Positions 17,683-26,718 of a stretch of DNA of 32,000 bases are shown here, piece by piece (the first letter of the stretch is position 1; every line of letters starts with the position of its first letter). The stretch is taken from assembly GCF_005843885.1 (NCBI RefSeq), contig NZ_CP040443.1:1083898-1115897 (forward strand), written 5' to 3'. Source of the DNA: Escherichia sp. E4742. Lineage in GTDB: Bacteria; Pseudomonadota; Gammaproteobacteria; Enterobacterales; Enterobacteriaceae. The position numbers and the translations under genes are program-made. A model generated the notes under the pieces. It had not been told where the DNA came from. It did no database searches and worked only from the letters and a program-made list of their open reading frames with translations.

Positions 17683-20340
17683 TCAATCAACCTTTCCAAT
17701 CAATCCCTCCGTAGCCGAATACCCGCAACTTTCGTCATCGGAAACTAAAATCACGTTTGCCATCTCCGGATCTTGCCGCTGTTCAATGCACCACTGCCTG
17801 AACGCTTCCCCTTCCAGTAAAGAAAATTCATCCCGATGTTTTTTCCACCAGCTTCGACGCACTCTGACAACACTCATCTCCCATGCGTGAGCACCGGTGG
17901 CATAAGGCTTCACCACGCCGTTAATACAGGTAGCCAGCCACAGGGAAACAGACTCCTCAGCCAGACGTGTCGACTGTTTTTCAGGGAGGTAATCGTTGAT
18001 ATTGGCGGCATAGCCGGGCCTGAAGTTCAGCACAAACTTTTTAGCCATTGCGCGATCGCAGTAATATTTGCCCACTTGCTCCTGCTCGCTGCGGGCAAAT
18101 CCTTCCGGCATTACCACGTCCTCACCGTAGACTGATTCAATAAGAAGGCGGGCTGAGTGTGGCATCTGAATAGCGCCTTGCTCACGCAGCACACGCTGGG
18201 TCAGCCAGATTCGCCCATGATCCGGGTAGACATATGCACTGTTACGCATGGCACTGCCGAACCATTCGTCACCAGGAGCGTCGTCCCAGACGGGGGCCAG
18301 AATCAGCAATTCAGGAGGGGAACGCTCGTCTTTTCCGTCACGCTTTAACTGACCATTAATATCGCGGATATGCCGCTGTAATCGCCCCGCGCGTTGGATC
18401 AGCAAATCGATAGGGGCCAGGTCGGAAATCATTTCATCCATATCGCAATCAACGCTCTGCTCCAATACCTGAGTGCTAATAAGGACTTTTCCGGCACGCT
18501 GTGAACCGTCTTCTTTACCAAAGCGTGCCAGCGTTTCCGTTTCAATTCGCTGGCGATCGCTAAAAGCAAAGCGGCTATGAAAAAGTGAAAGGCTGGAAGC
18601 AGGAATGACGCCGCGGGCAAGCAGCTGACGATGAATCTTAATAGCGTCATCGACAGAATTCCGAATCCAGGCGATGCATTTCCCCTGACTTACCGCCGAT
18701 TCGATACGCGCAATACACTCTTGTTCACTATGGAGCCAACCCACGCTCACGCTACGCTCAACTTCTTTGCGCGTAGCTACCCGGTGTGAATTCACATCCG
18801 ATTTCGTGACATGCGTCAGCCAGGGGTAATCTTCTTTTTCCAGGAACGGAGCTTCTTGCTGACCCTCTGCGCCACGCGCAAAGGCGGCGACGAGTTTGTC
18901 GCGCTGCTGTTGGGATAACGTAGCAGAAAGCAAAATGACGCTGTTTCCGCCGCGCGCCTGCCGTTCGATCAACCCTTCAAGAATGCACGACATGTAAGCG
19001 TCACAGGCGTGGATCTCATCAGCCAGCAGGATTTTATTACTCAGCCCCAGAAGCCGCAGATTATTATGTTTGAACGGCATCACCGCCATCATCGCCTGAT
19101 CCAAAGTGCCGACGCCAATTTCAGCCAGCAACGCCTTCTTGTTACTGTCGGCAAACCAGGCCGCACATCCCTGACTGAACGTTTGTTCATCCGGTTCTTC
19201 TGACCCGACTAAATCACCGGACCAGAGTGATTCATTAAAGCGGTCCATTAATGTGCGGGCACTGTGTGCCAGCACCAGGCTGGGGCGAGATTCTGGAGAA
19301 TAGAAAGCAAGCCAGGTTTTGACCAACCGATCGTACATGGCATTGGCCGTTGCCATTGTTGGCAGGCCAAAAAACAAACCCTGTGCTTTCCCCGCAGCCA
19401 TCAACCTGTGCGCCAGGATAAGCGCCGCTTCTGTTTTACCTGCGCCAGTCACATCTTCCAGAATAAATAATTGTGGCCCTGGCTGGCTGATATCCAGATC
19501 CAGTACCTTTTGCTGTAACGGTGTCGGGTGCTCAATAAAAGGAAACAGCGTATTAATTCCGGTGAAAGGCACGGTTTGTGCTTTTGGCGGGAAGACGGTT
19601 AAGGCGTTTTGAGCCTGAACTAAAGCCTTTTGCCAGTAATCTTCAATATCCATTGTCTGTGCGACGCGTGGAAAAAATCGCGTTGACGATCCCGTCCAGT
19701 CTGCAAGTACGACGGTTGCAGAGATATACCAGGAAAGTTGTTTTATAAGTTCAACTCCCTCGTCCTCATCCCAGAATGCGGGGATCTCGATGAGCGGAAA
19801 CAGTGGTTTGATTGCAATGAGAAAATCTCGTGCAGCAGCTTTATCTTCAGGCAGAAAATTATCCAGTTCATCAATACTGTCAGGAGGCCGACCATGATGC
19901 CCGGTAGTTACGGGCATCCACATATCTATTACCCGTTTGAGCTTGCGCGGAGAGAGTGAAGATGAAGGAAGCAACTCTTCGCATCCTCTTAAATAATGAT
20001 GCCACAACCAGTAGCCCAGCGTTGAATGAGAGATTTTTTCGTAATTTTTTCTGGCACCTTCCGGCCTCCTGAGTTGTGGGTGCAGGTAAAGTTGCTGAAA
20101 TGAGCGGGCAAATTTTCCCGTATCGTGCCAGCACAACAACCAGGCGAAAAATTGTGCTGGCTGCTCCGTGTTAGCGAAACCTAATTGACGAAAATAGTCA
20201 GCCAGCCCGAAGCAGTTGCTTTTAACCATTAAATAGCCCATTGCGGCTACATCCAGCGAATGCCAGCAAAGGAGGTGATAGTCGTCACCACCCTCTTTCT
20301 CGCCACGTCGGGTTTTTCCCCAAAAATCCCAAAAAGTCAT
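17683..20340 (-). CDS. cas3: Cas3 HD nuclease / SF2 helicase (type I-E)
   Basis: The HD region reads FWGKT...HLLCWHSLDVAAM...HDTGKF...HHG. Helicase motif I is VTGAGKTEA and motif II is LLADEIHA, followed by later motifs (SATL, ...QRAGRL). I placed the start at ATG 20340 (MTFWDFWGK), by analogy with K-12 Cas3 length. The ORF is open to 20388. Confidence 0.95.
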   Translation of the reverse strand: MTFWDFWGKTRRGEKEGGDDYHLLCWHSLDVAAMGYLMVKSNCFGLADYFRQLGFANTEQPAQFFAWLLCWHDTGKFARSFQQLYLHPQLRRPEGARKNYEKISHSTLGYWLWHHYLRGCEELLPSSSLSPRKLKRVIDMWMPVTTGHHGRPPDSIDELDNFLPEDKAAARDFLIAIKPLFPLIEIPAFWDEDEGVELIKQLSWYISATVVLADWTGSSTRFFPRVAQTMDIEDYWQKALVQAQNALTVFPPKAQTVPFTGINTLFPFIEHPTPLQQKVLDLDISQPGPQLFILEDVTGAGKTEAALILAHRLMAAGKAQGLFFGLPTMATANAMYDRLVKTWLAFYSPESRPSLVLAHSARTLMDRFNESLWSGDLVGSEEPDEQTFSQGCAAWFADSNKKALLAEIGVGTLDQAMMAVMPFKHNNLRLLGLSNKILLADEIHACDAYMSCILEGLIERQARGGNSVILLSATLSQQQRDKLVAAFARGAEGQQEAPFLEKEDYPWLTHVTKSDVNSHRVATRKEVERSVSVGWLHSEQECIARIESAVSQGKCIAWIRNSVDDAIKIHRQLLARGVIPASSLSLFHSRFAFSDRQRIETETLARFGKEDGSQRAGKVLISTQVLEQSVDCDMDEMISDLAPIDLLIQRAGRLQRHIRDINGQLKRDGKDERSPPELLILAPVWDDAPGDEWFGSAMRNSAYVYPDHGRIWLTQRVLREQGAIQMPHSARLLIESVYGEDVVMPEGFARSEQEQVGKYYCDRAMAKKFVLNFRPGYAANINDYLPEKQSTRLAEESVSLWLATCINGVVKPYATGAHAWEMSVVRVRRSWWKKHRDEFSLLEGEAFRQWCIEQRQDPEMANVILVSDDESCGYSATEGLIGKVD

Positions 20341-20843
20341 ATTAACAAAAGTCTCATCATGCCAAACCTGAATATATTTCCGCTGCATTGCTTTACAAAA
20401 GTCGAAAAAATAGTTTCACACATCTTTAATGTCTTTTCATTTCAGGACAAATCAAAAACTTCAATATTCTCCAACGCACACCCTTTTTTGTATAATCCGC
20501 CATAAAACAACAATAATTTGGCAGTCTGGCTGTATGTCATATACTCTGTCGGTAAATATTCGGAAATATCACGGCACCGGTTATATTCCCCCTTATTTTG
20601 ACAGGTAGTTCAGAATCCAAACAAACAATTTATTGCTGATGGAACAACTGCTGTTGTTTTCGCGGGGACCAGGGGGCATACGTAAGCATAAAGCCAGCAC
20701 AGCCTGTTATACTGATTCCCTGCAGAATAAGTTAGAACTCTGCCTGATTCAGAAGGCGTTTTCTTCATCGCATAAAAGTTGCCATGTCATTGATATACTG
20801 TTTGCTATCCCTTTCTTCATCATTAATACCGGTTACCTGAATA

Positions 20844-21152
20844 TCAACAGGTAGGTATACCTTTTCTGAATACCTCCCCGGATGGACTGGCAATACCCAT
20901 TCGTCTCAGCGTGGCATCAGCGGCTTTCGACACCTCACTGATATCCAGTTTCTCCGGTAATGCTGGCGGTAATATCTGCTCCAGACAATATTCCCGTCGC
21001 AACAACAACCACTCCCGTTGTGCTTCTGTACATTCAACATTGCCCATAACGAAAAGCCAGCGGGCAGAAGCTCTGCGCCAGCAACCAGCAGCCTCCAGTT
21101 TCTGCGCAACCGTGTCTTCCACAACTTCCGGGGTACTCTTTTTCCTGCTCAA
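20844..21152 (-). CDS. PerC/Pch-family transcriptional activator-like protein
   Basis: KLEAAGCWRRASARWLFVM....TEAQREWLLLRREYC matches the PerC signature (G-WRRAA-RW ... QREW..RR.YC). Confidence 0.75.
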   Translation of the reverse strand: MSRKKSTPEVVEDTVAQKLEAAGCWRRASARWLFVMGNVECTEAQREWLLLRREYCLEQILPPALPEKLDISEVSKAADATLRRMGIASPSGEVFRKGIPTC

Positions 21153-21191
21153 AACATTAACTCACTGAAATAATATACATATATGACGGTC

Positions 21192-21830
21192 TCAGCGAAC
21201 CGTCCATGCCGGACTGAAATCCTCTTCCTGAAACAGCTCCGTCAGCCCGCTAATCTGTTTCAACCTGAGAACTTCATCCTGGTCCATACCCAGCTCCGTA
21301 CCAATACGTTCATCCGTCCAGCCCAGCCGCGACAGGTCCCTGACAATATCAGACATTGAAGTTATCTGGTGCTTCCCCCTGGCCCGGTTATGTCTAATGG
21401 TTGCAGCAATACGTGAGGCCTGTCCCTTTCTTTCCGGATTAATACAGGTCACTGGCAACCAGCCCTTCAGGCGTTTTCCCGTACCTGCTTCCCTGCCCAG
21501 TAATTGACGATGAAAACCATCCACGACCAGATAATGCTCCTTCTCTTCCGAGACAACCACAGGCTGCGTGAACCCATCCTGCTCCAGTGAATGTTTCAGC
21601 AGTTTCTTCTCACCCGGCGCCATGACATTGGGGTTATAATCGTTGGCCACCACCTCATCTGCTTTCACCCACAGCACACAGTCCACAGGCTCCTGTGCAA
21701 ATGGACTGACCTCATGAAGCACCCTGCGCAGATGATTCAGGGCCTGTATGGCCTCTTCTTCTGGTCGTTCCTGGCTGAAGTACTGACGAATCATGTTGCT
21801 CAGTATCTCCGGTGTCACAGAATCCCCCAT
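21192..21830 (-). CDS. ibrB: IbrB-like ParB/sulfiredoxin-fold domain protein
   Basis: It carries the ParB-like core VVDGFHRQ (DGxHR) and a C-terminal HTH-like region. It overlaps the upstream PAPS-reductase-like gene by 16 nt. Confidence 0.8.
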   Translation of the reverse strand: MGDSVTPEILSNMIRQYFSQERPEEEAIQALNHLRRVLHEVSPFAQEPVDCVLWVKADEVVANDYNPNVMAPGEKKLLKHSLEQDGFTQPVVVSEEKEHYLVVDGFHRQLLGREAGTGKRLKGWLPVTCINPERKGQASRIAATIRHNRARGKHQITSMSDIVRDLSRLGWTDERIGTELGMDQDEVLRLKQISGLTELFQEEDFSPAWTVR

Positions 21831-23047
21831 TCCTTCCTCCTTTCTTTCATACGCTGCAGATAACGTTCATAGTGCCGGGGTTTGTTCGGACTGAAGGAGA
21901 GGGTACGGCACCAGAAATCATTCTTTATGAGAGTCTTACAGATACGTCGCCAGGACGGAATATCCCGGCTCCCCAGGTCATTTTCCTGTTCATCCGGGAT
22001 GTCATCCGGAAAGCCCCGCGTCTGATACCAGCGGAGATAGACAGCTATCTTGTTGCGGTAATGTTCTGCCGTTTTTTCCGGCATCACATCCAGCAGGAAC
22101 ATCGCGTAACTGCGCCAGGTATGATGGGCCGGTTTTGATATGCGCTTACGCAGGGCAAAATAAGCCCCGCTTTCATTGGCATAAAGTGCCCCGCTGGCAG
22201 CCCCTGACACCCGCTCACACATCCTGGCCCAGGTTTCCGGCTCCAGAACATGATAAAGCCACAGCCCCTTACGCTGTTCAGGACCAAAAGGCTCACAGAC
22301 ACGCATGTTGCGTAACGGCACACCGGCACGGTGCATCAGGTCATACAGGGGATTGTAGATAGCCCGGGTTCTGGTGTGATATATCCAGATATCACGAGTT
22401 TTCCAGTCATACAGCGGATACATGGTGTAGTAAAACCCTTCAGGCGATGCCGTTGTCCAGGGCTTATCATCGGCATATCTCAGTTTGCGCTGGGACACCA
22501 GTCCCATAAAGCGATTGAGCGATTCATCCGCACGGACACCAGTCAGCACTGCCACTCCACACCGGTTACCGGCAAACCAGGAAGAAAATGCCGGAACAAA
22601 TTCTTCAAAAGTCATGGCATACCGGTAAAAGGGAAAATACGCCATATCCGTAATAGCCTCTTCAGGTGCCTGGCGAACCCACTCCACACCTGGCTCCCAG
22701 CATATCCACTCCGGCTGAAACTGAGAGACACCGTTTACCGTAGTCAGGGGGAGTGCCACCCAGTAAAAGGTTTCCGTCACATCATGGTACATTTCCCGCA
22801 TCTTCTGAATATGTTCAATGGTGCACTGGTACTGGGCTTCCCAGTCAATAAACAATACAGAGAAATGACATTTTTTCCTGCGAGCCACATTTGCCACCAG
22901 ATGAAAAAGCACGGTGGAATCCTTTCCACCTGAAAAAGACAGGCATACAGACTGAAAAGTTTCAAAGATCCACTCAATGCGGGCGGTTGCTGCACGCAGA
23001 ACATTTTCTCCAGTAAGAATTTTTTCAGTTAAAAATGTATCACTCAT
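21815..23047 (-). CDS. ibrA: IbrA-like PP-loop ATP pyrophosphatase (PAPS reductase family) with C-terminal extension
   Basis: The PP-loop reads LSFSGGKDSTVLFHL. It is 410 aa, longer than CysH, and is paired with a ParB-like gene as in ibrAB. Confidence 0.8.
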   Translation of the reverse strand: MSDTFLTEKILTGENVLRAATARIEWIFETFQSVCLSFSGGKDSTVLFHLVANVARRKKCHFSVLFIDWEAQYQCTIEHIQKMREMYHDVTETFYWVALPLTTVNGVSQFQPEWICWEPGVEWVRQAPEEAITDMAYFPFYRYAMTFEEFVPAFSSWFAGNRCGVAVLTGVRADESLNRFMGLVSQRKLRYADDKPWTTASPEGFYYTMYPLYDWKTRDIWIYHTRTRAIYNPLYDLMHRAGVPLRNMRVCEPFGPEQRKGLWLYHVLEPETWARMCERVSGAASGALYANESGAYFALRKRISKPAHHTWRSYAMFLLDVMPEKTAEHYRNKIAVYLRWYQTRGFPDDIPDEQENDLGSRDIPSWRRICKTLIKNDFWCRTLSFSPNKPRHYERYLQRMKERRKEWGIL

Positions 23048-23267
23048 TTTCCTGACTTTATGTCGAATAATTCTGTTTATGCATTCAGATAAACTTCATT
23101 AATACCATTACCGCCTTTGGGTAAAAAATAACAATAAAATTCATCAAATATCAATCTATTTTTGTTTATTACTCACTTCTTTTTTACTGGTAATGCTTCT
23201 GAAAAAAAATATAAACTTTCAACTTATACCATCCTTTCAACTTGTAAATAAGGGGATATGATGCCAG

Positions 23268-23588
23268 ATGGTAAACGATTCAAATATCATTTTGCAGGAA
23301 GTATTCACTGTAATAGAACTACCCCTGATAAAGTTTATTCACGAAAGAATTATTCAACAGAACCATTTCCTGTTAACTTTGAACAATAGCACTTATTTTT
23401 ATATGTATCGGGAATGCGTTGATGTAACCAAAACAAAGAAATCTGTGCCCATGGATTTCGTACAATTGTGTGTAGCGTATGACCTAATCAGGCTTGAGGA
23501 CTCCCGCTGCAATGTTTTTTATTCAGACATTAGCCTGACAGACCTGACAGAAACGCTCCCAACTTCCCTTCTATATCACTGTCTATAG
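23268..23588 (+). CDS. Hypothetical protein (doubtful)
   Basis: An AT-rich ORF that converges on and overlaps the 3' end of the helicase gene by 59 nt. I recognise no motif. Confidence 0.15.
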   Translation: MVNDSNIILQEVFTVIELPLIKFIHERIIQQNHFLLTLNNSTYFYMYRECVDVTKTKKSVPMDFVQLCVAYDLIRLEDSRCNVFYSDISLTDLTETLPTSLLYHCL

Positions 23589-25926
23589 TACGTAATCTTA
23601 ATAATGGCAGGCCACATTTCTTCAGTATACTGTTTTTAAGTTCATCACGTTCAGCCTGGACACTGGTCAGATGATAACCTCCGTCCACTTCAATAACCCC
23701 TAATGGTGTCTTCCCGACCTTATAGTAAACAACAAAGTCACAACTGGCCCGGTTGCGCATGAATAACAGCTCACGGTGTGTAAAATCTCCCCGCTCCAGC
23801 AACACCAACTGATTCAGCGCTATTTGTGAATGAAACATCATACTCCGATAACTATCCTGCGACATGATATCCCGCAACAGGCAGGCAACAATCTGTTCTG
23901 ACTTAAAGCGTGAATCATTTGAATTCAATCTACTATTCAGTCGTTCCAGTGATTTGTCATACTCACTGTACAGCAAATCAAAAGCTGATATCACCGGGCT
24001 CTCGAAAATTTCTCCGTCATCAGCGTAGTATTTGATGTAACGAATCAGTGCCGCAATATGTCCAGCGTGGCGTTCAAATACATCATTACCAGTCACCAGC
24101 GTAAATTTATTTCGGGCCCTTGAAACAGCGACATTCACCAGTTCAGGATTATCAACAAACGCGATGTTCCGACTTTGCTGGCTGCTGCGTTTCTTATCCA
24201 GCACAGTGGAAAACACTATTTCATCGCACTCCCGCCCCTGAAATTTATGCACCGTCGATTTCACAAAATCAGCGGGCAGCACTGTTTCAGCCAGATTAAC
24301 CTGTGCATTATATGGAGCGATGTATCCCCTGCTACTTTCTTCATCCCAGTAATGACCTTCCAGAGATTCAAGCTCCCTGAGATTTGAAAAATTACGGGTA
24401 TGGTTTCCTTTTGCCGTGATGACCAGAGATAATGAGGCTTCACCTGAATCAACCGTTAGAGGTATCAGAGCATTATCATAAAACTGCTTATTACAAAATT
24501 GAATGATTTTAGGATGACAGCGATAATGCTCTTTAAGAAGAGTTACTGGCACCATGTTCCTGAACAACATACAAACCGAATCAAGTAGACTATATTTCTC
24601 ACAATTATAGTATTCTGCCGGTGGAGATGGGCTGTTCGGGAGTAATACGGGAACATGTGGAAGTTGCTTACGATCCCCTACAACGATTACATTACGGGCA
24701 CATCCCAGCCCAAGTATTCCCGGAATAATATCCTGCTGTGAGGCTTCATCAATAATCACATAATCAAGAAGGGCACCCTTACCGATAGAGTTAATAATCG
24801 AATGCGTGCTGCTACCAATAACCGGAAAACGCTTTATAAAACGGTCAAATTCATCCCTGTATGTCTCTGCCGAGAATGAATTTCTTGTTGAAATATTTCT
24901 TCGCAGATGTTGCTTTAAATAAAGCACAGACCATGATGTCAGGCTCCCCAGTAAAATTTTGAAATCAGATTTTTTTAATACTTCCTCATATTCATTCAGA
25001 GAAATTTGTTTTTCCCGGATAGTTTTTTCATAATAAGAAAGCTGAAGAAAAGTAAACAGTGCCAGCCTTCTCTCCGGAATCATCAATGGTTTGACTTTCA
25101 GTATCCTGAAGTTTAACAAAAAATCAATTCTGTTTCTGAATCCAATCCGCCTGTCAGAAAGGTAATGAATATAAGCCATCAGGTCGGTTGTTTTTTGTGA
25201 GGAAAATCGGTATTTGTGAGAAAAAAGCTCCTCCGGTCGAAGATTCTGACTCTGCCATTGCTGCAGGTATTTATACTCAATATTCAGCTCATTAATTTCT
25301 GCTTTTAACGAAGCGACCTGGTTAATGGCATTCAGGTGTTTTTTCACTTGTTGAAGTACATCATCAATCGCATTTGCAGACGGTGAGTCAGGTAAGACTT
25401 CCTCAGAACGCGAAATCGACGTTGAAAAAAACTGTTGCCTGTTCTCCGTACTCCCCAGTCGTGCCACCACATACCCCAGTTGCTGTTTGTCCATCTTTTC
25501 ATAAACATTACTGACAGCTGAGTTATTATTGGACAAAATTGCCACTGTTTTATTCTGAATTAATATATTAGCAACAATATTGAGTATAGTCTGTGTTTTA
25601 CCTGTTCCAGGTGGTCCTTCAATAACTGAAATCTGTGAGGAGAATGCCCGTTCGACAGCCAGCAACTGACTTTCATTAAGACCAAACGGAAAAATCAAAC
25701 CCCATAGCGAATCACGTTTTTTACTCTGTCCTGAACAGTATGCATGCAAGGCGGTATCCGGATGAGGAACTATTTTCTTTATCTGCCTAAGGATATTCTC
25801 ATCGATATTTCGGTTATTACCACGAGCATAAAAAATACGTTCATTAGCCACCCTACACAAGTAATTAAACACGGCATGCTCTGTAAATGCTGAACACTGT
25901 TGAAAGTCAAGGCCGGTCGTTTTCAT
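23530..25926 (-). CDS. Upf1/DNA2-like SF1B helicase fused to a C-terminal DUF2726/Vsr-like PD-(D/E)xK nuclease domain
   Basis: Helicase motifs present: Walker A GPPGTGKT, motif II VIIDEASQ, VVGDRKQLP, HYRCHPKI, YIAPYNAQV, TVHKFQGRECDEIVFS and VAVSRARNKF. The C-terminal CDFVVYYK....PLGVIEVDGGYH......ERDELKNSILKKCGLPLLRL matches the DUF2726/DUF559 pattern. Confidence 0.85.
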   Translation of the reverse strand: MKTTGLDFQQCSAFTEHAVFNYLCRVANERIFYARGNNRNIDENILRQIKKIVPHPDTALHAYCSGQSKKRDSLWGLIFPFGLNESQLLAVERAFSSQISVIEGPPGTGKTQTILNIVANILIQNKTVAILSNNNSAVSNVYEKMDKQQLGYVVARLGSTENRQQFFSTSISRSEEVLPDSPSANAIDDVLQQVKKHLNAINQVASLKAEINELNIEYKYLQQWQSQNLRPEELFSHKYRFSSQKTTDLMAYIHYLSDRRIGFRNRIDFLLNFRILKVKPLMIPERRLALFTFLQLSYYEKTIREKQISLNEYEEVLKKSDFKILLGSLTSWSVLYLKQHLRRNISTRNSFSAETYRDEFDRFIKRFPVIGSSTHSIINSIGKGALLDYVIIDEASQQDIIPGILGLGCARNVIVVGDRKQLPHVPVLLPNSPSPPAEYYNCEKYSLLDSVCMLFRNMVPVTLLKEHYRCHPKIIQFCNKQFYDNALIPLTVDSGEASLSLVITAKGNHTRNFSNLRELESLEGHYWDEESSRGYIAPYNAQVNLAETVLPADFVKSTVHKFQGRECDEIVFSTVLDKKRSSQQSRNIAFVDNPELVNVAVSRARNKFTLVTGNDVFERHAGHIAALIRYIKYYADDGEIFESPVISAFDLLYSEYDKSLERLNSRLNSNDSRFKSEQIVACLLRDIMSQDSYRSMMFHSQIALNQLVLLERGDFTHRELLFMRNRASCDFVVYYKVGKTPLGVIEVDGGYHLTSVQAERDELKNSILKKCGLPLLRLRTIDSDIEGKLGAFLSGLSG

Positions 25927-25935
25927 GATGTAGGG

Positions 25936-26211
25936 TCACTCACCCTCGCGGTAATAAACAGCAGCATATTTATCACCATATATAATAACCCGTTCAGCCC
26001 GGGATGTTACAGCGTCCCCTTTCTTTTCGAGGAAAACATTTCGCAAATTTACAGTTGGCGTTATCTGACATACAGAAAGCGGACGAGTATATTTTTTCCC
26101 GCTGCGAAAATGACAGGTCAGCATAACCTCTCCGTCGTCATTTCCAGCCCACAGCGTCCAGTCGGTAATTTTATGAGTCTTATTTTCACCGTCAACATAA
26201 ATCGTGACCAT
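25936..26211 (-). CDS. Small beta-rich hypothetical protein, first gene of the helicase operon
   Basis: It is 91 aa and its stop lies 9 nt before the helicase ATG. The same strand and absence of a terminator between the two genes suggest co-transcription. I recognise no motif. Confidence 0.5.
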   Translation of the reverse strand: MVTIYVDGENKTHKITDWTLWAGNDDGEVMLTCHFRSGKKYTRPLSVCQITPTVNLRNVFLEKKGDAVTSRAERVIIYGDKYAAVYYREGE

Positions 26212-26718
26212 ATTCTCACTCAGAAATTATCATTTAACTTACGGAAAATTGTTAAGGCACTCCCGATATTAGCTCCGGAGGATTTTCCACAACTCCGGGA
26301 CTGTTAACATATTTCCGCCTGCCATATATACATTGAATTCAGTCATAACAGTCAATACCAGAATTACAGGAACGCGATGCCGATACGCTGGTTATTAAAT
26401 ACTGGTAGCCCTGGGCACTAATTCATCACGATACTCTGTATTTACTGTTTTCACTGCTTTTTACAACCATTCCACCAGGAAAAAGAGTCCATTTATCACG
26501 CTCCTCTTTAACGCCTGCCAGCCTAATTTAAGAATGGATACCGTGGGTGGAATAAACAATACTTACTCCGAACTGCTGTCATATTTCTGTTCTGGTATGC
26601 CACTATTTCGTGGGCACTCTTCACACCGCAATGAGTTTCAAGGAAACGAATCTCTTTGATTGTTCATGGTGTACACATTCTTTTGGGTTTATTTTTCATT
26701 ATCATATTTTATCAACCA

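Noticed and set aside
20655-20672. CGCGGGGA string resembling the core of the CRISPR repeat, upstream of cas3
   Set aside because: Only about 8-9 nt match, with no flanking repeat sequence or periodicity. This is most likely chance, not a second array or an orphan repeat.
22331-22933. 200-aa plus-strand ORF
   Set aside because: It is entirely antisense to ibrA, which has a clear PP-loop motif, and it has no motif of its own. I treat it as a shadow ORF in a GC-balanced region.
23216-23243. 10-bp direct repeat CTTTCAACTT (23216-23225 and 23234-23243) upstream of ibrA
   Set aside because: It could be a regulator-binding site, but a single short duplication in AT-rich DNA is too weak to call.
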